Origin: an uncultured virus (IMG/VR IMGVR_UViG_3300005239_002148)
Taxonomy: Duplodnaviria; Heunggongvirae; Uroviricota; Caudoviricetes
IMG/VR virus record: IMGVR_UViG_3300005239_002148
Strand: one strand, 5' to 3'
DNA length: 41,875 nucleotides
Position 1 is the stretch's first letter. Each line of letters starts with the position of its first letter. Of the stretch, positions 29,001 through 38,965 are shown piece by piece. Below the pieces are notes generated by a model. The model saw only the letters and a list, made by a program, of their open reading frames with translations, was not told the origin of the DNA and ran no database searches. Both the position numbers and the translations under genes were made by a program.

Positions 29001-32000
29001 TCGCTACCAAAGACTCTAGAATTTTTACCAGTAGTATTATTAACTCCAAATGTAACCGAGGAATTACCATTTCCAACATTATTTTTACCAAAGACAGTGG
29101 AGAAGTTGGCACTTGCTTTATTAGATACACCGTAAGATATAGAATTTTTTCCAGTTGCTTCAGTATTAATACCAATTGCAACTGAGTTATTACCAGACGA
29201 TTTACTTCCAATACCAACCGCGGTAGATGTGGAACCACTTGCTGCCACACTTGAACCTATTGCTACTGCGGTTTTTCCTGCAGCCGAACTATGACCTATT
29301 GCCATACCACCAGCACCAGTAGTATTATTTTGACCTATTAAAATAGAGTTTTTACCGGGTGCTGTGCTTGAGCTGGTAGGATAATTATCTCTACCAATAT
29401 TTAATCCTGCTTCTCCGCCTGTTAAATTATATCCAATCGATACAGCATTTTTATTTGTATTAACAAGTAAAGATCCAATAGCAGTATTATTTACGTAATC
29501 AGTTTGAGTGCCATCATCGCCAGTAATATCTCTACCAATTACAACGCCGCGGCCAGTTTCAAGTGTTTTACCAATTGCAACTCCGCCCTCATCTGTTTTA
29601 GATGTACCCTTTGCTCCTACGTTAGTGATACCGATACCAAGAGATAGCGAATTTTGCTTATTGCTATTTGTAATATCTTTACCTACCGCAACACTAAATT
29701 GTCCAGGATTGGTAATTGTATGTCCTATTGAAACAACTCTAGTAGTGTGTAATGGTTGTTTTGTACGGCCATTAGCAGCATAATCAACGTTACCAGCAGA
29801 TACATTATAACCGATAGCTGTTGAATGATCAGTAGCTACAACATTTGCACCAATACCTTGTGAGAATATGCCAACTTCTCCACTATCCCAAGTTGCCTTT
29901 TTACCATCAACCCAACCAGCTCTAAAGGCTGCATAGCCAGGAATCCACATTAATCTTGCGCCAGAATCAAGCTGTTCGCCAGTGCCTGTTCTTGGAACTA
30001 CGCCTGCTTTTGGATGCTCAGAGCTATCAATTAGGATTGAGCTTAAGAATAATACATTACCAGAATCTACGGCAAATCTAGTTTGATCAAATGGATCGAT
30101 CATATCTTTTTTACCGATAATCACGCCGCCTTCTTCATCATAGTATATTTGTTGATTTGGAGATGTGCCTATTCTATTCCAAGGATCAGTAATTCTTGAT
30201 CCAATATAATCATCATTGACAATTCTCATAATATTAGAATCAAAAGATCTTCCAACATAAGGATTAACCAAATTAAAACCTTTTGCTGAATCATAAGATT
30301 CAGGATAATACGGACCAAAATAGAATTCAGCCGATTCGCCAGATGTCATGGTTTGTCCAATAGAATCCCAAACAGCTCCACCATATAATGTTCGCCAAGC
30401 TTCATCGGCCCTGCGCTCTTTGTAACTAAATAACAATCCGCCATTTTGGATTTTACCAATACCGCTGTCTAATGTAAATCCAGTTTTAAATATAGCACTA
30501 TCTTCAAATGTAAACTGTGTAGTAGCTTTTGCTGAACCGCTATCCCCTTCGCTAGCAATATTTAAATTACCACTTAATAAAATTGGTGGATTGCGAAGAT
30601 TTCTATCAGCAATAACAGAAAGAGGACCTTTAACTGTAAGAGAGGCATCATTCTTTCTGCTTCTTGTTTTAACTTTAATCTGATCGCCGACTGCCAATCT
30701 TGTATTAGCTTCTGAATCATAAATGTGTATGAGAGAGTTAGTTACTTCTTCCCATTTCTCTCCACCAGATTCAAGTTCAATATTATTAATAAATATTTGT
30801 GTTAAACCATTTTTAATATATTCGAGAACATTGCGTGGAGTTGAATTATCAGTATCTTGAAGTCTTAACACGCTGAGTGTATTACCACTTGTAGTTAAGT
30901 TTGTAGTATGTAAACCTCTATTAATAATGTCAATAGAATGAGTATGTGTCATTCCAGGCCGTCCATGACCTATACTGTCATATCCAGGAACAGATTGCTC
31001 GCGTATTTTAATTTGATTGCCATTGACCCAAGCCCAATCACCAGTAGCTATTCCGTTTCCAACAGTGTTTAGCGTTCCTTTTGTTAAAGCGGTAGAATCA
31101 AATCCACTAGTTAATGGGTTAGTAACATCTTTAGGAGTAACTAACATCACACTCATGAAATCTGAGTCTAGTCCAGGCGTTCCACTGATACTAAAGTCTG
31201 CTGCAGATTCACCATAGGTCAGGCCAGGTTGTTCGGACAACAATATTGCAGATAGTGCAGGATCACCATAAATTATTGAATTAGGATGTGTGATGAAATA
31301 GCTATCAGCTGCATTTACAGTAAAATTAAATATGTATTCTGAATCTACTGTTACCTTAGATCCTTCAATAATACTATGTCCACCAGCACTAAATCCAGAA
31401 TCAACTCTTACATCACCTTTGACATATAATCTAGATCCTGGACGATCAATAGGAGCGCTATCAGCGCCAATTGCAACCTGAGTATATTTATTAAATCCAA
31501 GGCCACCAAAATAAAGAGTATGGCCATCAGCGGATCTTCTCCAATGTGAACTATCATTAGCATTATTAAGAATATAGTTAGGACTAATAACAGTTTTCAG
31601 ATAACCAGAATCGATAACAGAAGCAATTACTGCTGAGTCAATGTTCATTCTCTTTTTTACATAATCATTAGTAACAATCGTTGCAAGATATTCTTCAGTT
31701 GGCCAAGCAACCGGATTATTATTACTAGATGTAGTAATAATAGGAGATTTATGATCAACTGCAGCTTGTAAAGAAGCCACGTCTTCAATTGGTCTAGAAT
31801 TATAAGCAGCTGGAATATCTATTCTAGCTTTACCATCCATATCAAGCTGGAATTTCCATCTTGCATTACCAGTTGCATCGACTTCTTCATAATCTGCAGC
31901 ATTGACATCTATATTATTTTTATTAATTACAACTGGATTTGTTCTAGGGCTTTGGTGATTAATAAGCTGGTTGCCACCTTTTAATGCCCAGAAATTATCA

Positions 32001-35000
32001 ATAGAAACTCTTGCTTGAACATATGCAGAATCAAGATGATTTTCTAGAATTGGAATAAGTCCACCAGTTGGTCTTACAACAAAACTGTCAAATGACATTC
32101 TTTCACCAGTACCAGGATTATCACCGATTGTAAATGTACTACCTGAAATAGATTGTCTAAAATGAACTGAGCCTTCTACAGTAGCGCTATCGCCGACAGT
32201 TAATTTACCTAGAACATTTAAATTAGCACTTGAAGTAGTTTTTTGTTTAGGTATGACATGAATATAATTTGCTGAGGTAGTAACTGGAGTTCCGGTATAA
32301 TCTGCGCTTAAAACTGGAACTGTTAATACATCATCTGTAAATAATTCAAATTTATTAGTATATCCAGCATCTAGTAATCCATCAGCATTTGCATCAGGTC
32401 CAACAAAATATGTTTTTCCATTATGATCTGTAAATGTTCCGCCAGTAATACCTGATAATCTAACACCATCACCTACTGTTAATCCATGCGGTGCTGTTGT
32501 AGTAATTGTTAAATTTGTTCCGGTAGTATCGAATGCCCACGCCGCACCGGCGCCTGAGACGGGTGCTGCAACTGTTAAAACTTCATATGATCCGGCAGGT
32601 GCAGCACTTGGAACAAATATGGTTTCACTTTGAGTATCAAGTGTAGTAGTACATGCTCTATCAGTAAATAAATTAAAATTATTAGCGTCAACTGCCTGAA
32701 CAAAATATACATTATCGGCAGCAGATGTATAATTAAAGCTACTAGAAGGTCCACCAGATCCATTAGTAAGATTACTAAATTTAATAGCTAATCCAGTGCC
32801 GGCTCCACCTCCACCAGGTGCTGTAGCTGCAGTACCGCCCCCACCGGGTGATCCAAGTAAATGCCCGCCAGCAGGTACGTTTACAACCGCGGCTGTGGCT
32901 TGAGAAACAGAAAATGCTGATGTTTGTATAGAGGGTGTACTAACCGGGGTAGTTTTTATTACACCGGTAATAACAACTGTTGGAGCAGTTCCAGCAATAA
33001 AGTCTTTAATATTAAGACCGCCGATATGAAGTGTAGCACCACTATCAATATTTACATCACCGTGAATATCTAATGTATAATTTCTATTAAAGCCAGAATT
33101 ATAAATTGTAGAATTACCATGTGCCACCTGCGCCGTTTTACCAATCATAATATTGGTATTATTTAAACCTTTATTAACGAAAGCACTATCAAAAAGACTT
33201 GATCCAGAATCGTTGAAAATTGCCGGCTTCATAATTACAATGCCGTTTTCTAATCCCGTAGGAATAAACGCATTTCCACCTATGAAAGTTGTATTTTTAG
33301 CACCGCCGCCAGTTACTCCACCATATTGTGGATTTACATTATGAACTGAATGCGAATCTTTCCAGCCAGCACCAATAATATAATTGTTAGTAAAATTATC
33401 ATGAAAAACTTCGTTATTTTCACCAAATATGAAATTTTGATTTCCATTTGTATAAAGAGTATTACTTGTTCCTATTACATAAGATTTATTTGTACTTCTT
33501 ACTGTAGAAGCATTTGCTAATCCGAACAAATTATCTCTACCTATAGTATAAAGATCTGTTCCACTATTCATTGAGTCTTGAATATTATTTTGGCCAAGGA
33601 ATAGATTATTATCTGTTAAAATAATATTTTCTTTACCGATAGCAATACTGTTTCTACCTTGTGTAGTGGTAGCTGTTCCTCTAAATACTATATTTCCTTG
33701 ACTTCTTCTTTGTCCAACTTTATTTTTTTCGCCAAGAGATATAGAGTTTTTACCTCTAGCATAAGGTTCTTCACCCATACCTATAGAGAAGATTCCTAAA
33801 TCAGAATTTACATGCTCATCAAGTAAAACCTTACCGGCTCTAATAAGTCCAGCTCTTGAGCTATACATAAACATATTATTGTATGTATTACCTGGGAAGC
33901 TACCGGCTGAATCAAATATAGCAGAATCTGTAGAGGCATAAGTTAATAGTGTAGTTCCATCAACTTGGAAATCACCTCTAATATCAAATTCTGTATTAGG
34001 AGCCGTTTTTCCAACACCAACATTCCTTGGTGTTTCCATAAGAATAAATTGTCCATCGTCTTCAAATGGATTGCCGGCGATTGGAGCTCCGCCAAACGGA
34101 TTTAATTTCATTACGTCCCCGCCGTAAAGAATATCACCGCCTACAAATAAATTACCAGCACCTTGAGTGGCTGGATTAAACATATCAGATTCTCTACCAA
34201 TCGATACGTTACCACCTTGAATAGCTAAAAGATTTTCATCATCAACTTGACCCACAATATTTCGAAGTGTATTAGCCGGATCTTGCCCAGCGCCTGGAGT
34301 TGCTGTTGATGGTCTTAAACTAATATTCATGCTGTTATTAGCAACAACTTTACCACCGCCGCCAATAGCAAACGAGTTAGCTCCCTGAATAATTTGATCA
34401 TGGCCAATAGCAAAAGATTGATTACCAGAAACTTTATTATCATAACCAAAAGCAAACGCTAAAAGACCGCTGACCGAATCCTGATAACCAAATATGAATG
34501 AAGAATTTCCGTCAGCTGTATTATCAATACCAATTATATTATTAAAATTACCACCAAGCGACTTATTTCCTTCGCCAATTAACAATGTTTGATTACCAGC
34601 TGGTAAAGCCATATTGTTTTTACCAAACATATAGCTTGCGTTTCCAGCAGTAGTATTATTATGGCCAATCAAAACACTATTAATAGCAATTGTTGTTGCA
34701 ATGCCGCCACTTCGATCTGAGTTTTCAATTCCTATTAATACATTATTTCCGCCTTTAACTACATTACGTTGACCCATAGCAATTGAATTAGTAGCGCCGT
34801 TGTTAACGCTACTACTATCACCTACAACAAAACTAAAATCAGCTGCAGCTTTAACATTTTTGCCAAATGCTGCGGAATAAGTACCAATATCGTTCCAACT
34901 GTAATCATTATGATTTGTAAAAAAGCCACCACGAGTTGCAGCTTTACCCGGAATAAATGAAAACCTTGAGCCTTTATCTGAATCTATATCAGCTTCATCA

Positions 35001-36374
35001 TAATTAGCTAAAGCACCATATACAGTACTCGCATCTTTGGCCATTGATATCTCGCCTGAAGTTTGGGGAGAATAACCAGCTTCTGTATTAAGTGGACCTT
35101 TAACTTGGAATGGGCCACCATGTACTTCAAATCTTGCTTTAGATCTAGTAGTTCCTACACCTATTCTACCAAATCCTCCGGATTGATATGTAGCAGTAAA
35201 ATCTCTTGGCTCAAAATAAGCATTATCTATATTATCAGCCGTAAATAGACCGCCGCCAGTAAACGGAATTCCGTTTTGCATAAGAGAACCGGTGAAGTTA
35301 ATAGTACCATCTTTATGAACTTCAAATAAAGAGCTGTCTTCAAGAGACATTGCTCTTATTAGAACTGATACATCTGAATCGTTTTCAGCATTAACACCAT
35401 CCCCAGGAAATCTTCTAATCGATGCCCCGTCTGCTTTTGATATATCACTTTTAAAATAGTTGATAGGTAAAGTAGATTGCAAATAGTGTCTACCCTGTGA
35501 GTCTTTTCCAGCGTGAGAAGCACTTATTTTTAAACCATAAAAATCTCTTGTTTGAGCTGAATCAGGAAAATATACTGAGTTAGCATCAAATTTATTTCTT
35601 AATTCAGGTCTATATTTGTAAGATCCAATTTTTACTCCGGATGCATCGATATTACCAGTTGATTTATGAACAATAAATCGATTCCATCCAGAGTCTTGCG
35701 CAACTTGCCTTGCTGACATAAGACCATCAAAAGAACCGCCGGCACCTAAAAAGTAATAGTGAGATTGATGTTCGCCAAAATGTAATTCGCCGCCTTGAAT
35801 TGAGTCATTTAATCCTACAGTTAAAAGTGAACCTGGAACTAAAGAGTTAACTCTAAGTTTATCAAACACGGCTGGTTGATAAGATATAACTTCACCGCTT
35901 GGTAAAATAGTTAATCCTTTATTTACTCCTTGTGTTCTTCCAATTCGTAATCCATTAGTTGAATCATATAAAAAGTCAGAATCCCCTTGCAAAGTAAAAT
36001 CAGGTCCTACATGCGCAATGGTACCCAATTTTAATGCACTTCCTGGTGTATTAAAATCTAGTTTATTGACTTTTAAATTATCAACAAAACCGGAATCCGC
36101 CTGAAAGTATTTAAAATATGCTGAGTCAGCTTGTAAATCTTTATTATAAAAAAGTCTATTTGTTGTCCAATAATTTTCGTATTGTGTTCCAGCAGCACCA
36201 GCCCGCCAGGTAAAAGATGCCCCGACAGGACCACCTACTGTAATGCCTGCTCCTGATGCAAATGCAGAGTCGGCAGCATTATCAGCCACAACAATGTTTT
36301 TATCTACAATAGTAACAGTTTCAGATTGAATTGATGTTGTTGTTCCTTGCACATTAAGATTACCAATAATATTA
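25997..36374 (-). CDS. Central part of the giant fibre/adhesin protein with YadA-head (Hep_Hag)-like beta-roll blocks
   Basis: Over 3,400 codons open apart from an N gap. GNLNVQGTTTSIQSETVTIVDKNI and (I/V)G(V/I)G...P...LDV.G fibre motifs, ~14-residue repeats such as NSVAIGINTEATGK / NSISYGVSNKASAN, and APHGLTVGDGVRL modules. The frame runs into the gap at 36375. Confidence 0.9.
26603..27061. repeat. 27-bp tandem array, 17 units (18 including the degenerate unit at 27062-27088), encoding (I/V)ADSDY(I/V)KS
   Basis: 15 units contain DSDY and 2 are degenerate (IINSEYIKS, IANDVYIKS). Synonymous variation occurs between units (GAT AGT, GAT TCA, GAC AGT). Confidence 0.97.
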
Positions 36375-37332
36375 NNNNNNNNNNNNNNNNNNNNNNNNNN
36401 NNNNNNNNNNNNNNNNNNNNNNNNNNNNNNNNNNNNNNNNNNNNNNNNNNNNNNNNNNNNNNNNNNNNNNNNNNNNNNNNNNNNNNNNNNNNNNNNNNNN
36501 NNNNNNNNNNNNNNNNNNNNNNNNNNNNNNNNNNNNNNNNNNNNNNNNNNNNNNNNNNNNNNNNNNNNNNNNNNNNNNNNNNNNNNNNNNNNNNNNNNNN
36601 NNNNNNNNNNNNNNNNNNNNNNNNNNNNNNNNNNNNNNNNNNNNNNNNNNNNNNNNNNNNNNNNNNNNNNNNNNNNNNNNNNNNNNNNNNNNNNNNNNNN
36701 NNNNNNNNNNNNNNNNNNNNNNNNNNNNNNNNNNNNNNNNNNNNNNNNNNNNNNNNNNNNNNNNNNNNNNNNNNNNNNNNNNNNNNNNNNNNNNNNNNNN
36801 NNNNNNNNNNNNNNNNNNNNNNNNNNNNNNNNNNNNNNNNNNNNNNNNNNNNNNNNNNNNNNNNNNNNNNNNNNNNNNNNNNNNNNNNNNNNNNNNNNNN
36901 NNNNNNNNNNNNNNNNNNNNNNNNNNNNNNNNNNNNNNNNNNNNNNNNNNNNNNNNNNNNNNNNNNNNNNNNNNNNNNNNNNNNNNNNNNNNNNNNNNNN
37001 NNNNNNNNNNNNNNNNNNNNNNNNNNNNNNNNNNNNNNNNNNNNNNNNNNNNNNNNNNNNNNNNNNNNNNNNNNNNNNNNNNNNNNNNNNNNNNNNNNNN
37101 NNNNNNNNNNNNNNNNNNNNNNNNNNNNNNNNNNNNNNNNNNNNNNNNNNNNNNNNNNNNNNNNNNNNNNNNNNNNNNNNNNNNNNNNNNNNNNNNNNNN
37201 NNNNNNNNNNNNNNNNNNNNNNNNNNNNNNNNNNNNNNNNNNNNNNNNNNNNNNNNNNNNNNNNNNNNNNNNNNNNNNNNNNNNNNNNNNNNNNNNNNNN
37301 NNNNNNNNNNNNNNNNNNNNNNNNNNNNNNNN

Positions 37333-37707
37333 AACGCTGAGTCTGCAGTTACCGTTTAAATGTGCGCTATCAACATCTAAATCTTTAATATGAGCTGAGT
37401 CTGCGGTTAGTCCATGAACATATAATATATCAACTGCTTTTTCTGAGTCAAGAAGAAGAAATTTATTTCCAACTGCAATACCAGGATTTCCTGCTGTTTG
37501 CAAGAGAGACATATACCTTTCACCACCAATAGCAGCTACTCTACTTGCTATTTGAGGAACTGCAAGTGAATCAACTGCTGGCCCAATGCCGGCATATAAA
37601 ACTCCACCATTAATACTATCATAATATGAATATGCAAGTTCGCCTAGTGCTAAACTTGAAGGGGTAACTTGCGTGCCTGATCTTTTAATCTGGATTATAG
37701 ATGCCAT
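37333..37707 (-). CDS. N-terminus of the giant fibre protein (virion-attachment domain)
   Basis: MASIIQIKRSGTQVTPSSLALGELAYSY...LYAGIG...AIGGERY is the usual N-terminus of marine T4-like fibre proteins. It has a late promoter and TAGG RBS upstream and runs into gap 36375-37332. Confidence 0.85.
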
Positions 37708-37747
37708 GAAATAAACAACCTATCTAAATGCTTTTATTATTTAATCT

Positions 37748-37755
37748 TATTTATA
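37748..37755 (-). promoter_or_regulatory. T4-type late promoter TATAAATA upstream of the giant fibre gene
   Basis: Exact intergenic match 41 nt upstream of the ATG at 37707. Confidence 0.85.
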
Positions 37756-37760
37756 TGTTT

Positions 37761-38003
37761 TTAGAAGGTATCTCCACCGTCTATTACTTGCCCCTGATTT
37801 ATATGTTTTACTGCTGTCCACTTTTCAGTTTCAGCATTAAATGCAATCATTGTCCCCTCTGGAATTTGCCCTGTCGGAGCAATTGCTGTATCACTTACAT
37901 CTCTAAGACTGTTTCTAATTTTAATTTCTTTAATAGCAGGAAGCGGAGTTCCAACTTTAATATTTTTAACGATGGTACGATTTGATGTTATTTTAATTGC
38001 CAT
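37761..38003 (-). CDS. Small conserved T4-like virion-region protein
   Basis: 80 aa with AAGG RBS. The L.DV.D...EG.M..FNAETEKW...IDGG pattern is typical of the short gene preceding fibres. Confidence 0.8.
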   Translation of the reverse strand: MAIKITSNRTIVKNIKVGTPLPAIKEIKIRNSLRDVSDTAIAPTGQIPEGTMIAFNAETEKWTAVKHINQGQVIDGGDTF

Positions 38004-38012
38004 GCCGTTACC

Positions 38013-38402
38013 TTACGTTGTTACTTGAGGTGATAGCGTTAACTTACCTTCAAGTATTCTTTCAACTACACCTAAACCAGTATTGCTATCTGTTCCTTCT
38101 AACTCCACGTCATATACGTATCGCCCAGCTTTCATGCGGGTTGTTTGTGCATTTGTTAATGATATTTGTAAAAGATTTTCTTGATTAGCTGGATTAAATC
38201 CAGTGCATGAAAATAATTCGGCTGAATCAGTGGAATTATAACTCTTTTTGATTTTTCCACGCATAATGTAATAAGATCCAAATGATCCTGCATCAGAGTC
38301 CCAATTAATCAGGATTTTTCTACTACCATCCGGATTAAATAACTCAAGTTGAATTACAACATCTGCTCCCTGATCAATATTTAAGTCTTCATAATGTGCC
38401 AT
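38013..38402 (-). CDS. Conserved virion structural protein (Ig/BppU-like beta sandwich)
   Basis: LNIDQGAD...KIKKSY...ISLTNAQT..MKAGRYVYDVEL...RILEG.LTLSPQVT is a recurrent family in marine T4-like phages. GAGG RBS. Confidence 0.85.
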   Translation of the reverse strand: MAHYEDLNIDQGADVVIQLELFNPDGSRKILINWDSDAGSFGSYYIMRGKIKKSYNSTDSAELFSCTGFNPANQENLLQISLTNAQTTRMKAGRYVYDVELEGTDSNTGLGVVERILEGKLTLSPQVTT

Positions 38403-38427
38403 CCTCGACCCTCATTTTAGTTTATAC

Positions 38428-38497
38428 TATTTATAATATAAAAACAGAAAGCGTGTCATCTATATTTATAAATTAAATCTCGATATTGCTATTTATA
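38428..38497 (-). promoter_or_regulatory. Cluster of three exact T4-type late promoters (38428-35, 38463-70, 38490-97)
   Basis: Three exact TATTTATA on the plus strand in a 155-nt intergenic region, plus two one-mismatch copies at 38499-38512. Confidence 0.8.
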
Positions 38498-38557
38498 CTA
38501 TTTACATTTATAGCAAATCGCAGTATAATAAGAGAGTAATCTTTATGGGGATAGTAT

Positions 38558-38956
38558 TCAAGCAAATCGTAAAGTCTGAGCTTTCCAATTTTGAGCTTCT
38601 TCATTCCACTCATATTGTAACACACTTGAATATAAAGGATTAGTATCTGCTATAGAATCAAAAGCCGAGTGGTTGAAATCTGGATGTTCAACAGGAGCAA
38701 TCCATTGACAGGTATATTCGTCTAATGACCAACTAGGATACGGCTGAGGTTGATAAAAAGCATCACGATCGCTATCATAAACACATCCAATGCTTGCGTA
38801 ATTTTTTCTTAACGGTGTGCCACCTAGAAGATGCTCACCATTAAGAGTATTATAAGACGTTTGAATCCATTTATCACTAGTACGATGAATAAATTCTTCA
38901 TCAGCAACTATTACATCAGTAACAAGACCATTTTCTATTTTTGCGTAGAAAGCCAT
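38558..38956 (-). CDS. Conserved phage protein that accompanies glycine-rich tail domains (possible fibre assembly factor)
   Basis: MAFYAKIENGLVTDVIVA...WIQTSYNT...LRKNYA.IG..YD..RDAFY.PQPYPSW.LDE.TC.W.APV, a widespread aquatic phage family. Confidence 0.85.
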   Translation of the reverse strand: MAFYAKIENGLVTDVIVADEEFIHRTSDKWIQTSYNTLNGEHLLGGTPLRKNYASIGCVYDSDRDAFYQPQPYPSWSLDEYTCQWIAPVEHPDFNHSAFDSIADTNPLYSSVLQYEWNEEAQNWKAQTLRFA

Positions 38957-38965
38957 TTTTTAAAC

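Noticed and set aside
25656..32034. Diversity-generating retroelement template/variable repeat pair
   Set aside because: The repeats are short or perfect tandem copies without adenine-specific mismatches, and no reverse transcriptase is in the window.
23907..37707. DS enrichment as a by-product of GANTC (CcrM) DNA methylation sites, since GAY-TCN creates GANTC
   Set aside because: Many DS use AGY codons (most array units are GAT AGT), which do not form GANTC. The signal is tied to one frame and to particular protein modules. A formal all-frame GANTC count was not done.
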